From a virus (taxonomy: Duplodnaviria > Caudoviricetes), in IMG/VR virus record IMGVR_UViG_3300026088_000014, positions 1 through 64,000 of that record: DNA of 64,000 nt, one strand, 5' to 3'. A program made the translations under genes and the position numbers. Below are positions 9,593 to 19,881 of this stretch, piece after piece; position 1 is the first letter of the stretch, and every line of letters begins with the position of its first letter. The notes beneath the pieces were generated by a model. It saw nothing but the letters and a program-made list of their open reading frames with translations. It was not told where the DNA came from and made no database searches.

Positions 9593-10383
9593 GATGTCGT
9601 CATCGTTGCTTCGTCGGCCACATTGAACTGAACCTGCGCTACCGCGATAGAGAACCCGCCACCACCCCAGAATCCAACACGATGAAACTGGAATTGTTGC
9701 CCGACATTCACCGTGCCGGTAGCGACTTCGCCAATAGCTCCAACAAAATTTCCCGATGACAGCGTGGTCCACGATCCCCAATTAACGTCGCCAAATGGCG
9801 ATCCCTGCACCACATACGATGTAGAGCCGAAGGTCGAGTCGTTCGGAGCATAGAGCGCGTAACTGGCCAGCGTGTGGGTGATAACCGGCGTGTCCAGCCC
9901 GGTAGGAAAAGTGCCGCCGGGATAGCCAGCCCAGTTGATACCGACGTAGTTGCCGTAGCTGGAATCGACTGTCGTAATCATCGCCGACATAAAGGATGGC
10001 TTGTTGGTGTTGCCATCGAAGGCGGCCGGAATGCCTGCGGCATTGCGCATGGTGCCGATTTGCGCGCTGTAGAGATTCAGCAGCGGATTCGGATTAGCGC
10101 CTAAGGCTGAAAGAGGATTGTCATTGGCAACATAGTTTTCCGGGCGGGCATTATGAATCGGCACCGGGTCAGGCGGCAATAGGATCGTGCGCTGGCCATT
10201 CTGCTGATAGGCATCAAGACAGCTGTCGCAGACCAGCATCCGCAGGTTCTGCAGCTTGGTGCCACGCCAGTCTACTGCCCACTTCAGCTTGTGGTGATTA
10301 TAGTGCATGCCGCAGCGATCGCAGACTGCCTTTGCCCGCGGATGGGTAGGACTGATCTCAACTCCTTTGCCGTGCTCTCTCAT
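9589..10383 (-). CDS. Virion-module protein with N-terminal CxxC...CxxC zinc finger
   Basis: ATG at 10383 (ATGA overlap); AVCDRCG...LVCDSCLD. Confidence 0.65.
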   Translation of the reverse strand: MREHGKGVEISPTHPRAKAVCDRCGMHYNHHKLKWAVDWRGTKLQNLRMLVCDSCLDAYQQNGQRTILLPPDPVPIHNARPENYVANDNPLSALGANPNPLLNLYSAQIGTMRNAAGIPAAFDGNTNKPSFMSAMITTVDSSYGNYVGINWAGYPGGTFPTGLDTPVITHTLASYALYAPNDSTFGSTSYVVQGSPFGDVNWGSWTTLSSGNFVGAIGEVATGTVNVGQQFQFHRVGFWGGGGFSIAVAQVQFNVADEATMTTS

Positions 10384-11078
10384 GTGTAGTAGCCAGCCAA
10401 TCCCGGCATGATGCTCATGCCCACGTTCTCGGTGTCCTGCGTCAGAGCGATCTGCATCGCCCTGCTGTAGCGGGCGAACATCTTGTCCTCCAGCTGCGGA
10501 GCGTAGGTCTCGGCCAGCTTCCAAGCCAGCCCGGCGACATAGGCTTCATAGAATCGATAGGGGATCTCTACGTTGTACCCGTTACTGACATCGGCATCCT
10601 GCGTCTGCCTCACCGAGTAGAACTTGATCGTGTATGGACCACTGCCATCAGGGACCGGATAGAAGGTGACATTCTGAGAAATCAACCGGTCATACCAATA
10701 AACCGTTGGTACGCCCTGCTGCAGCTTGTTGGAGTAGGAGGCGTACTCGGTGCGGCTGACTGGCCACAAATAGCGGTCGATTTGCGGGCTCCCCATGCTG
10801 AGGTAAAGATCGAGGATCATGACGGTCGGGGCCGGAACGGCGTAGGTCTCGACGCCCTGGCTTAGCGGCATGACCTGCAGGTCGACTTCCCACAGATTCG
10901 GCGTGTTGTTCGACCATTCCGACAGAACGAAGTTGAGCGCCATTCTGGCGTTGTACATATGCGTCGGCGTAATCTCGGTGGGCCGGACCTGAATCCGGCT
11001 GAACGCCGCCAAGACAAAATCAGCTCCCGAGGGACTGAAGTTGAAGGTCTTAGTTGTCGTTTGGTTGGTGCTGAACAT
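10380..11078 (-). CDS. Second head-tail adaptor/connector-like protein
   Basis: 232 aa; ARMALNFVLSEWSN...YPVPD...EIPYRFYEAYVAGLAWKLA. Confidence 0.7.
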   Translation of the reverse strand: MFSTNQTTTKTFNFSPSGADFVLAAFSRIQVRPTEITPTHMYNARMALNFVLSEWSNNTPNLWEVDLQVMPLSQGVETYAVPAPTVMILDLYLSMGSPQIDRYLWPVSRTEYASYSNKLQQGVPTVYWYDRLISQNVTFYPVPDGSGPYTIKFYSVRQTQDADVSNGYNVEIPYRFYEAYVAGLAWKLAETYAPQLEDKMFARYSRAMQIALTQDTENVGMSIMPGLAGYYT

Positions 11079-11241
11079 TGCCTGCCTCTGCTTTGCCGTT
11101 GGCCTGTGGACGATCCGCCAGCTGCATATTGACCTGACGTTGCAGCTCGTTGATTACCGGAGCCGCGTCACGGTAGCGATGATTGCTCAACGCCTCGGCA
11201 ATGACGGTCATCATCTGTTCGTTGATTTCAAATCTCAGCAT
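11050..11241 (-). CDS. Small helical hypothetical protein
   Basis: 63 aa ORF in the operon, with an RBS-like upstream sequence. Confidence 0.55.
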   Translation of the reverse strand: MLRFEINEQMMTVIAEALSNHRYRDAAPVINELQRQVNMQLADRPQANGKAEAGNVQHQPNDN

Positions 11242-11251
11242 CGCTATCTCC

Positions 11252-13477
11252 CTAGAAACATGGAATGTATCGCGTTGCGCCAGTGTTGTCTTCGATGGTT
11301 AACCATGTCTGCACGGTAGTATTGGAGCCAGCCGGACCAACATTGGTAAGAGCAGTAGCGACCGCACCGTTAGCGGAGAAGTTGGGCGCACCGGAGAATT
11401 TGATCTTGCTCCCGGCAATAAACCGCAGTTGCTCAACGCCGCCGGTTTTTACGATCATGTCTCGATCGGCACCGGCAGCGAGCTTCTCAGTCCCCACCAC
11501 GAATGTATCTGCGGACCAGCGCAGAACCCCTCTCTCTGAGTTGGGAGTACCGTTGTTCTCCAGAACGATATAAGGCCGCTGGCCGCTGGGGTTGACAGCG
11601 GGGAGGAATATCCAGCCGCCCCAATTCAGCTGCCACAAGTTCGGATCGGTGTTCGTGCCCAAGTTAGGCATATTGAAATTGAGAATTCCGTGTACGCTTG
11701 TCGAGGCTGGAGTAGCTCCATCTGTCCCAACAAACGGGTTGATCTGTAACCCGCCATTACCAGACTGTGGCGCAATCCATCCGGTATTGTTCCACATGAT
11801 AGTTCCGGCAGCATCGGTGATCCCGGCAAATGTTCCAGGACTCCGCATCCGAATTGCGGCAACGAGGCTGAAGTTAAGATCGAAAGCGACATTATTGGTT
11901 TCACCGATCTGGAAGCAATTATCAAAAGCTATTCCATCTGCTCCCGTCCCATGAATCGTAGCAGCGTCGCCAATACGGAATGCGGTCTGAAACATCCGCG
12001 CCCCCGTATTCTTAACCACCATGAAGTCTCGGCATGTGCTGCCGTTAGTCCAGCTGCCGAGGGAATATTGGAAACCGGTCACGTCCGGGTAGGGACAAAT
12101 CACCTGTTCAACAGAATCGCCGTTTGTCCATGGAGCTGTCGTCGTCTCGCAAATAATTTCGTTGGTAAAAGCGCCAGTAGCATCGGTAACGATGCGAAGC
12201 ACACGAACAGCAGGACGGATAATGTATGTTCCAGCACCTGGGCCTTTGCCGTGATATGAGCCGTCACCGGCAATCGTTGTGGTGTAGATACCGAGACTCG
12301 TCCCGCTGACAATACTTGAAATCTGATACCATGACCTAAGTCTGTTTACTCCGGCGTCGAATGGAAAGCTGGTATAGTCGTCGGCAGCAAGCGAAATAAC
12401 CCCGATATTCGTTGCGTTTCCCCCGACCATATTGTTGGCCCAAACCGTACCCAAACCGGTAAACCCACCGCCGGAAATCGAGGATACGGTGCCGGTCGAG
12501 TAGCTTGGCGCACTCATGTTGACGAGCACGCGGTCTTGTCCAAGTAGAGACGTGGAGCCGAGCGAGATCCTCAGCGCCGGAGTTACCGTGACGCCATTGA
12601 GATGGTTGTAAAGAAACACTCCGGTAATGCTGGTTGGAGTAAAAGAGACAACCTGCACCGCTTCCATGTTGGCGGCCCCGGAGGGGACTTGTTGCTCGAT
12701 AATGACCCAATCGCCATTAGCAACTCCAACCGTGCTGGCGACATTCACCGTCTGCAGACTCTTTGACTTGGCAATGACCTGGGTGGTGGTCGTATTGACC
12801 GTTGACTGTGCAGGCTTTGCCGTGATGCTGCCGAGGTTAAGATAGTTTTGTTGAGCAAGCTGGGAGACGACTCCCCAAGCCTGTCCTTCATCTCCATCCA
12901 CCGGGCCGCCGGCAAAGAGGACGTGGTTGTTGGCGAAGATCGATGAGTCACCCATACCGTAAGAGAGAAGAGTGTTTTGTTGTACGAACTTCTGCCCAGC
13001 GGCATTGGCCTCCATATAGTTGTTGGTGACAAAGAATGATTGCTTGGCAATGGTTTGTGCGCCCACGATGTTCTGACCGTGACGAGCATAAACAATATTC
13101 TCTAAAGCCTCGGTAGCAGAAAACTGTGGGTCGGTTTGCGAGCAGTCGGTGATGACCTGAAATAATCCTGTCCAACGGTCAGATGCATTGCCACTAAAGG
13201 TGGGATTTACTGCCTTGAGAGAGAAGCCATGGATCAAGGCCAGAGGATCAGTGCCGGGGCCGACAGACGGAATGAGCGAGGCCAGCTCATTAAGCGCGGA
13301 TTGCACGTTATTTGATGTAATTGGCGCAGCCGGGACATTGGTCACCTCGTTACCGCCAATGCTCCCGGCAATAGTATGCGCAGCATTCCAGTTGTTCGGC
13401 ACAACCTTTCCGGCTGCGATCGCAGACGACTTGCTGGTAAGGCCGGAGACAAATGGATGCGTAATCGTGTATGGCAT
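11252..13477 (-). CDS. Tail fibre/spike protein
   Basis: 741 aa, G/T/N-rich beta-type composition; N-terminal NWNAAHTIAG motif typical of fibre anchors. Confidence 0.7.
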   Translation of the reverse strand: MPYTITHPFVSGLTSKSSAIAAGKVVPNNWNAAHTIAGSIGGNEVTNVPAAPITSNNVQSALNELASLIPSVGPGTDPLALIHGFSLKAVNPTFSGNASDRWTGLFQVITDCSQTDPQFSATEALENIVYARHGQNIVGAQTIAKQSFFVTNNYMEANAAGQKFVQQNTLLSYGMGDSSIFANNHVLFAGGPVDGDEGQAWGVVSQLAQQNYLNLGSITAKPAQSTVNTTTTQVIAKSKSLQTVNVASTVGVANGDWVIIEQQVPSGAANMEAVQVVSFTPTSITGVFLYNHLNGVTVTPALRISLGSTSLLGQDRVLVNMSAPSYSTGTVSSISGGGFTGLGTVWANNMVGGNATNIGVISLAADDYTSFPFDAGVNRLRSWYQISSIVSGTSLGIYTTTIAGDGSYHGKGPGAGTYIIRPAVRVLRIVTDATGAFTNEIICETTTAPWTNGDSVEQVICPYPDVTGFQYSLGSWTNGSTCRDFMVVKNTGARMFQTAFRIGDAATIHGTGADGIAFDNCFQIGETNNVAFDLNFSLVAAIRMRSPGTFAGITDAAGTIMWNNTGWIAPQSGNGGLQINPFVGTDGATPASTSVHGILNFNMPNLGTNTDPNLWQLNWGGWIFLPAVNPSGQRPYIVLENNGTPNSERGVLRWSADTFVVGTEKLAAGADRDMIVKTGGVEQLRFIAGSKIKFSGAPNFSANGAVATALTNVGPAGSNTTVQTWLTIEDNTGATRYIPCF

Positions 13478-13549
13478 GATTGTTCCTAAGTTAAGAAGGA
13501 ATCGGTCTGAAAGGCATCGGTCTGAAAGGCTCCTGCATCTGCTGGCGGT

Positions 13550-13714
13550 TTAGGTTTGGAAAGCGTCTTCTTGGAAGGCGTCCGACTGGAACGCCCCTTC
13601 GTCCGTGACGCTGGTGACCGGACTTGCCGCCGCACTCGACGGCGAGATAACCGAGACATTTGCTCTCCTTGCATTGATGCCGCGAACCAAGGCCGGGATG
13701 TCAATCTCTGTCAC
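13550..13714 (-). CDS. Small protein ending in AFQ-x-DAFQ repeats (54 aa, GTG start)
   Basis: Read manually; GTG overlaps the upstream TGA; ends GAFQSDAFQEDAFQT. Confidence 0.5.
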   Translation of the reverse strand: MTEIDIPALVRGINARRANVSVISPSSAAASPVTSVTDEGAFQSDAFQEDAFQT

Positions 13715-14013
13715 GGATCAATTACCCGAATCACCCCAAGCTGCGAGGCAGACGACGCGCCTGCGGCTATTATCGACCATAGCACAAGACCGAGCGCAGC
13801 GTTGGTGCTCGACCAAGTACCGGTATAAAAGCTGTTATTGACGCCAAGCGTCACCGTATCTGTCTGCAATATGTTGTTGATATTGGTGTAAGACAGCGAC
13901 AGAGTGGCTCCAGAGGGAACCGTCAGATTCCCGTTCGAGTCGTAGAACTCAGCAGTAAAGAAGGCCGAGTTGCCATACTGGATGTTAACCGGCCCGAGCG
14001 CGACCTGTGTCAT
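13711..14013 (-). CDS. Hypothetical virion protein (Ig-like/BppU-like size)
   Basis: 100 aa, coupled by overlapping stop/start codons. Confidence 0.55.
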   Translation of the reverse strand: MTQVALGPVNIQYGNSAFFTAEFYDSNGNLTVPSGATLSLSYTNINNILQTDTVTLGVNNSFYTGTWSSTNAALGLVLWSIIAAGASSASQLGVIRVIDP

Positions 14014-14375
14014 ATGCTGCTGAAGCCTCCTATTGGATAGTGTGAGCCGGCAAAGACCGGAGCTACTCCAACATCAGAAATGATTGCCCCAATGTTGTTC
14101 TTGACGATATATGGCGGTCCATCACGATCAAGCGCGAATTGCAGAGCGGCAGCGTTCAGCAGAACCGGCGCTTGACCCTGTAGAGAGACAATAGCGAACC
14201 ATCCAGTCAGGAATGTATGCACGCCGCCGACATCCTGTGACGGACGCCATGCCTGCACGTTTGGCAAAACATGATCGGTGGCCCACTGGTTGCTGATCTG
14301 GAATTTCTGCGCAACAGCAAAAGCATCTGCCTTGGCGGCGGCCTCATCAGTCCATTTGAAAAAATAGTCGATCAT
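14010..14375 (-). CDS. Hypothetical protein accompanying the head-spike fibre gene
   Basis: 121 aa; ATGA overlap. Confidence 0.6.
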   Translation of the reverse strand: MIDYFFKWTDEAAAKADAFAVAQKFQISNQWATDHVLPNVQAWRPSQDVGGVHTFLTGWFAIVSLQGQAPVLLNAAALQFALDRDGPPYIVKNNIGAIISDVGVAPVFAGSHYPIGGFSSI

Positions 14376-15625
14376 GTCGTATCGCCCTGCAAAGTCGCAT
14401 CAGCCAGTTTACTGGTAAACAGCACAAGGCGCGTGATGTAAGTAAAAACAAAGTTGACTGTACCGGTTGAGCCGAGATGCAAAGTTGAGGACGGGGTTTG
14501 CGCGACTGCATCGGTCGCAACAGAGCCGCCATCGAGAACAAGACTTCGCCCCGAACCGCTCCAAGCAAGACCCAGTTTTGCGGCTACTGTATCCCTAGTA
14601 GCCGTGTTGGCTGTCGTCAGTGTTGAGGTTATCGAAGCAAGCCCGTGGTTAGTGGCATCAAACCCGAGCAGGTTAGTTCCGTTACTATCAACAATATTGG
14701 CGGCAAACCCTGCACCCTCACCGTTATCAGTCCACGCCACGATCGAACCTGTTGCAGCTGCAATATCGGTCTGCGCTGCCCCGCTTATGGTTATGACATC
14801 GGCTGCCCGAGTTGCCGATGTGCTCGTAGTTGGCACATATGAACTCGGGAAAGCGCCTAGCTCGACTTGTGCGCCCCATAAAAATATTCCGCTCACGCCA
14901 TCTCCTGCCCAAGTATGATAGGTCGACTGATCCAGAACACCAAAATTCAAAATGAACGAATTTGCCGACGCATCTATAGTTACGGAAGGTCTTACCCAAC
15001 CATTGGCCAGCACCTCAAATCTTATGGTCTCTCCGGTTGGTGCAGCACCGAAATCTCGGCGTGTCGAGGTACCGGCAACCAGATCAAAAACCCACCATGA
15101 ATCAAATGTTGTATTGTTAATAGCTATTGCTCCAAAGTTGTAACCATTCGGTTTGAAGTAGCAACTTGCTGTCCATTGCGCTGCTGTAGTCGTGCCCGAA
15201 GTAGTGCCAACCTTATGTTCGCCAGAGGCTACCGTGGTAATTATGGAATCGGCTGTTGCTGTGCCATCCGGCGCAGTTGTCGTGTTTGCAGTTACAGTGA
15301 CGTTAGAAACACTCCATTCGGTTGTATTATCAAATTCTTGGCTTCTTTTTTGTATGTTTGTCCGAGAATCTTCGGCGAGCAGTCCCAGACTTGTGAGACG
15401 CAGCGTATCGTTAGCAAATTGCGTCAGCGTTCCAGCTAATGTCTTCGCATAGCCAATAGAGGCGCGCGAACATGATAAGACATCGGTAGCAGCACTTACC
15501 CCAAAATACAGAGCAGCCTCGAACCACATATCGATATCGGCCCCAGCCAACGGGAATGCCGGCTGCTGAAAGGCCGTTGCCGTTTCCGGAATGATCCTGC
15601 GGATGAAATCAAAGCTGGCGTACAT
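14372..15625 (-). CDS. Head-spike-fibre-like protein with carbohydrate-binding module
   Basis: 417 aa; CSRASIGY...LGLLAEDSRTN...SSYVPTTSTSATRAAD motif set. Confidence 0.7.
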   Translation of the reverse strand: MYASFDFIRRIIPETATAFQQPAFPLAGADIDMWFEAALYFGVSAATDVLSCSRASIGYAKTLAGTLTQFANDTLRLTSLGLLAEDSRTNIQKRSQEFDNTTEWSVSNVTVTANTTTAPDGTATADSIITTVASGEHKVGTTSGTTTAAQWTASCYFKPNGYNFGAIAINNTTFDSWWVFDLVAGTSTRRDFGAAPTGETIRFEVLANGWVRPSVTIDASANSFILNFGVLDQSTYHTWAGDGVSGIFLWGAQVELGAFPSSYVPTTSTSATRAADVITISGAAQTDIAAATGSIVAWTDNGEGAGFAANIVDSNGTNLLGFDATNHGLASITSTLTTANTATRDTVAAKLGLAWSGSGRSLVLDGGSVATDAVAQTPSSTLHLGSTGTVNFVFTYITRLVLFTSKLADATLQGDTT

Positions 15626-15627
15626 GG

Positions 15628-16395
15628 CTATGATGACACCACATAAGGTGAGGTTGGCGGGGTGAAGTTAGCGGTCCAAGCCGCCGTGTTATTAAGGATA
15701 CGCAACTCATCGATCCAGCCATCAAAATGCGTTCCACCGTGATCCTCGTTGCCAACGGTCGGAGTTCCTGGCGATATATCCATCACCTGGGTACTGGTGT
15801 AATCCGCAACGGCTTTAGTGCCATCAACGAAGAGCCGCAGAGTCGTGCCAGCCCGCGTTACAGCGAAGTGATGCCAAACCAAGGTGTCGTTGACGGTGGG
15901 GCCAGTAATCGCCGGATCAACCGCGCCGACATCGACATAGATGATATTATCGCTGAACCAGAAGATGTTGAGTGATCCAATGTCTCTGGCCGTAATCTCT
16001 CCGGTCGAATACATGATCGATGCATGCTGTGAATTTCGCATGGCCCAGAAATCAACGGTAAAGTCGTTCTGACGCGAGGCCATATCTGCGCTGCCGTCGA
16101 GCACCATCCAGCTGAATGGCGGCCCCACATCCGGCCCAACCCGCAGCGATGAGACACCGAACTTGGCCTGCGCTTGGTCGAGAAAACAGTCAGCCCCCGA
16201 CCCGCCGTTGCTGTCGATGGCGGCCCCGTTGCGATGCTGCCCGGTAGCGTCGACAAAGACCTGCGAGCCCTGCGACCCGTCAAAGTGCATCAGCAGGGTC
16301 GGGCTCTTAGTCACATTGGGAAATGACGGAACGACCAGCTGCGTATCCGAGGCTGGGATAATCCGGGGGACAAACTTTTTCGACTCATAAAGCAT
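15628..16395 (-). CDS. LamG domain protein
   Basis: LLMHFDG, DFTVDFW, WHHFAVTRAG, FDGWIDELRI. Confidence 0.85.
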   Translation of the reverse strand: MLYESKKFVPRIIPASDTQLVVPSFPNVTKSPTLLMHFDGSQGSQVFVDATGQHRNGAAIDSNGGSGADCFLDQAQAKFGVSSLRVGPDVGPPFSWMVLDGSADMASRQNDFTVDFWAMRNSQHASIMYSTGEITARDIGSLNIFWFSDNIIYVDVGAVDPAITGPTVNDTLVWHHFAVTRAGTTLRLFVDGTKAVADYTSTQVMDISPGTPTVGNEDHGGTHFDGWIDELRILNNTAAWTANFTPPTSPYVVSS

Positions 16396-19160
16396 TATGT
16401 TTCCTCTATCGACACCGAAGCATTGTCGATGGCCGGAACCTCTTCGGTCGAGACATCCGCCTGCCGAACTGCTGGTATTTCCTTGATTGAGACAACCGTA
16501 GTCGGCACACGCGACACAGCAGGTACTTGATTATAAACAGTGATACCGAAGAATGCACTGTCACTGTTAACCTCGGTGGCCGAGATGGTGACAAATACAT
16601 CCGAAAGAACCTGTTCCTGCGAGGTCTGGAAGAACCGCTGATACCTAGCGCCAAGACCGATCTTCAGACGCACAGGCTCGTTAAGTGGCGCAAACCACGC
16701 AATGGTGCGCACCAGATTGGGGAAGACCGGCGTCTCAGGTGTGAACGCCCGCTGATACGGCGCATTAAGCCACAGCTTCTTGCGCAACGGCGTCGAGAAC
16801 GGCTGGTGCCAGGACTCAAAGCGCGAGACATCCGGCGTGAAAACCGAAGTGGTAAAGCTCTGATATTGGAAGCTGCGCGGATAGATGACGGTCGGCGATA
16901 CGCTCGACACAAAGACCGGGGTCGGAATGATCGGCGCAGCGTAAGTCTGCTGCTGGCTGGTCAGCAGTGGCCGGCGAGCACGAACCGGAATCGACCACGG
17001 CTGGTGCCAGCCGTCCTCAAAGACTGCAGCAGCAGTTGGGGTAAACGTGCTCCAACTAAATGACGGCTGGCTGGCAACGCTCGGCTTGCGCCGTGTCGGC
17101 TCCGACCACGGTTGATGCCAACGACTCTCGAAGTCCTGAATGATCTGGGTTTCAGGATTGAGCGTCAGCCCGATGAACGCCTGCTGCAGATTGGCTTTGA
17201 TGCCAATTTTCTGCCGAACAGGATCGGTCCATGGGTAAATCCACTTATCAACCGTGACTGTCTCAAAGACCGAGGTGGCTGGAGCGGTAAACGACGGCTG
17301 CTCGGAAACCGGGAAACGACGGAAGCGTACTGGCTCAGACCATGGCTGGTGCCAACGGCTCTCGATCGTTCCGGTTAATTGATCGTCACTGAGATGTGGC
17401 CAACTCAGCGCTTCCTGTAGCGATGCCCGCAGTCCGATCTTCTGTCGAACCGGCTCGGTCCATGGATAGACCCACTTATCAAGTGTGACGACTTCCGGAG
17501 TGGAGTTGTCATCAATAAAGGCCGTGACCTGTAGCGCCGTTGGGATACGCCGAGTTCTGACCGGCTCAGACCATGGGAAGTGCCAGCGGCTTTCAAAGTC
17601 TTGGCTGATCTGCGTGTCTGGATTGAGCGTCAGGCCGATAAAGGCTTGCTGCAGCCCGGTCCTGAGACCGATCTTCAACCTGACTGGATCGGTCCACGGG
17701 TAGATCCATTTATCGACAGTGACCGTCTCGAATACGGACGTTGCCGGGGCAGCCGCGGCCTGCTGCTGCGCGGTCAGTAACGGCGGCTTGATGCGAACCG
17801 GATCTGACCAAGCGAAGTGCCAGCGACTCTCGATGTCTTGGCTGATTTGCGTCTCAGGATCGAGGACCGGCGCAATGAACGCTTGCTGCAGGTAGGTCTT
17901 GAGACCAATCTTGGTCCTGACCGGATCAGTCCAAGGATAGATCCATTTATCCGAAGTAACGAACTCCGGCGTAAAGACCGGCGCGTGGTAGGCAGACTGT
18001 TCCGCTGTCGGGAAGCGACGGAAACGAACCGGCTCCGACCACGCATACGTCCACTTGTCGACGGTGACGACTTCTGGAGTAAAGAGAGTCTGCGCGACCG
18101 CCTGTTGCTCGGCGGTCGGGAATCTCTTGAACCTGACTGGTTCTGACCACGGATAGTGCCATCTGCTCTCGAACTGATCGACGATCTGCGTCTCGTCATC
18201 GAGAACTGGACCGATCGCCGCTTGCTGAAGCGCCGCACGCAGTCCGGGCTTTGCTGGCGTTGGTGTTTCAAGCCAATGGAACCAGCTATCAACATCCACG
18301 ACCTCTGTCGTAAATGGCGTCTGGATTCCGCCATCGGATGTTTCCAGCGCGCGGGCTGCCGCCGGATCGCGCTTGAGCCTGACAGGATCGACAAACGCCT
18401 TGTACCAACTGTCGATGTCGACATCGGGCTGCGGCGTATAGGCAAGGAACGGCTGTTCGCCGGTCGGCAGCTGCCGCTTGGTTCTTACCGGTTCAGACCA
18501 CGGGAAATGCCAGCGCGACTCAAACTGATCGATGATTTGCGTTTCATCATCGAGCACAGGGCCGATCGCTGCTTGCTGCAGCGACGCGCGTAATCCTGGC
18601 TTCTGCCTGACCGGCTCAGTCCACGGGTAGACCCACTTGTCGACCGTGACTGTTTCGGCAGTCGTGACAAATGGTGTGTACGCCAGAGACGGGTACTGGA
18701 ATGCCTGCTGGAATATGACCGCACTGGTCCCGTGCGGGACAGCAATTACCTGCGGCGGAGAAAAATCTATCGTGGCATCGAGAGCCAGCGTGATGAATCG
18801 CCGCGGATCGATCTTAACGCGAACCGGCTGTTCAAGCGGTCGATACCAACTATCGACATCTATTGCCGCTGGCGGGATAAACGGCGCTGAGATTAGGCCA
18901 TCGGATGTTTCCAGCGCGCGAGCACTACGTGGATCACGACTGACGCGAACTGGATCGCGCCATGCCGCAAACCACTTATCGACAGTGACGGTCTCAGGTG
19001 GAACAAAGGCTGGCTCAGTATGCGACTGATACTGGAAGCGGCCTTTGTAGGTGACCTGCGAGGAACAGGTGACGTTGATGACAGCAGTAACGACCGGAAC
19101 GGCGACAACCGCGACGAAGGCTAATTCTTGATATTGTCGCTGGTTTCTGAAGAAGGGCAC
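16395..19160 (-). CDS. Large Trp/Pro repeat protein (about 19 W-x-x-P-W-[ST]-[ED]-P-V-R-like repeats)
   Basis: 921 aa with internal repeats of about 35-40 aa; function unknown. Confidence 0.75.
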   Translation of the reverse strand: MPFFRNQRQYQELAFVAVVAVPVVTAVINVTCSSQVTYKGRFQYQSHTEPAFVPPETVTVDKWFAAWRDPVRVSRDPRSARALETSDGLISAPFIPPAAIDVDSWYRPLEQPVRVKIDPRRFITLALDATIDFSPPQVIAVPHGTSAVIFQQAFQYPSLAYTPFVTTAETVTVDKWVYPWTEPVRQKPGLRASLQQAAIGPVLDDETQIIDQFESRWHFPWSEPVRTKRQLPTGEQPFLAYTPQPDVDIDSWYKAFVDPVRLKRDPAAARALETSDGGIQTPFTTEVVDVDSWFHWLETPTPAKPGLRAALQQAAIGPVLDDETQIVDQFESRWHYPWSEPVRFKRFPTAEQQAVAQTLFTPEVVTVDKWTYAWSEPVRFRRFPTAEQSAYHAPVFTPEFVTSDKWIYPWTDPVRTKIGLKTYLQQAFIAPVLDPETQISQDIESRWHFAWSDPVRIKPPLLTAQQQAAAAPATSVFETVTVDKWIYPWTDPVRLKIGLRTGLQQAFIGLTLNPDTQISQDFESRWHFPWSEPVRTRRIPTALQVTAFIDDNSTPEVVTLDKWVYPWTEPVRQKIGLRASLQEALSWPHLSDDQLTGTIESRWHQPWSEPVRFRRFPVSEQPSFTAPATSVFETVTVDKWIYPWTDPVRQKIGIKANLQQAFIGLTLNPETQIIQDFESRWHQPWSEPTRRKPSVASQPSFSWSTFTPTAAAVFEDGWHQPWSIPVRARRPLLTSQQQTYAAPIIPTPVFVSSVSPTVIYPRSFQYQSFTTSVFTPDVSRFESWHQPFSTPLRKKLWLNAPYQRAFTPETPVFPNLVRTIAWFAPLNEPVRLKIGLGARYQRFFQTSQEQVLSDVFVTISATEVNSDSAFFGITVYNQVPAVSRVPTTVVSIKEIPAVRQADVSTEEVPAIDNASVSIEET

Positions 19161-19161
19161 G

Positions 19162-19869
19162 TCAGTACCCTAAGATTTCGGTCTTCGTAAAAAAGTCTTG
19201 AGGCTGGGTGTCCGGGAGATCTATGCTTCCGCTTACAGCGACAGCAATCGATGTAGCAAACCAAGCCCCACTGACAGAAAATCCATAGACACCAGGATCG
19301 TAGGGATTGCTGGACAGCGGTGTGCTCGACCACGACATGGCGATCGTCGTGCTGCGCGTGTCACTACCGGTCGTTGATACCGGCGTAGAAAAGGCTCCGC
19401 CGATCCCCGTCACCGTGCTGGCAGATAACGATGCCGCACAGGCAACAATAGCAAAGGCTGTCGAGGGCGCGGTTAGCTGCGGCGGGTTCGGGCTGGTGCT
19501 GGTTCCGGTTGCCGTCGCCTCAGGGGCATCAACTGCATATCTCTCTGCCCCACGCAGCACCACGTAAGCCGCAGCACATCCATCCTGAGCGTTACCGCTA
19601 TTGCTACAAACGATGGTGAGATCACCGCCTGTCGAAATCTTGGTAAACAAGCCATAATTCAGGTTGCCGCTGACGAACGTCGAGGTGATCGGGGTTATCG
19701 CCGTGCCGCCGGATGAATAGGCAACCAGCGTCTGCGCACGCGGACACGCCATCGCTACGAATACTTGATCGCCGTTGATGAGGCAGGATGTGGCTGTCGC
19801 TATATTAAGCGTGATCGACAGGCCGTTAATGGCGCTGACGGCTGAAGTATTGATAAGGGAAATAGCCAC
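19162..19869 (-). CDS. Ser/Thr/Ala-rich putative virion protein
   Basis: 235 aa, operon context. Confidence 0.6.
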   Translation of the reverse strand: MAISLINTSAVSAINGLSITLNIATATSCLINGDQVFVAMACPRAQTLVAYSSGGTAITPITSTFVSGNLNYGLFTKISTGGDLTIVCSNSGNAQDGCAAAYVVLRGAERYAVDAPEATATGTSTSPNPPQLTAPSTAFAIVACAASLSASTVTGIGGAFSTPVSTTGSDTRSTTIAMSWSSTPLSSNPYDPGVYGFSVSGAWFATSIAVAVSGSIDLPDTQPQDFFTKTEILGY

Positions 19870-19881
19870 ATCCGGCCTTCC

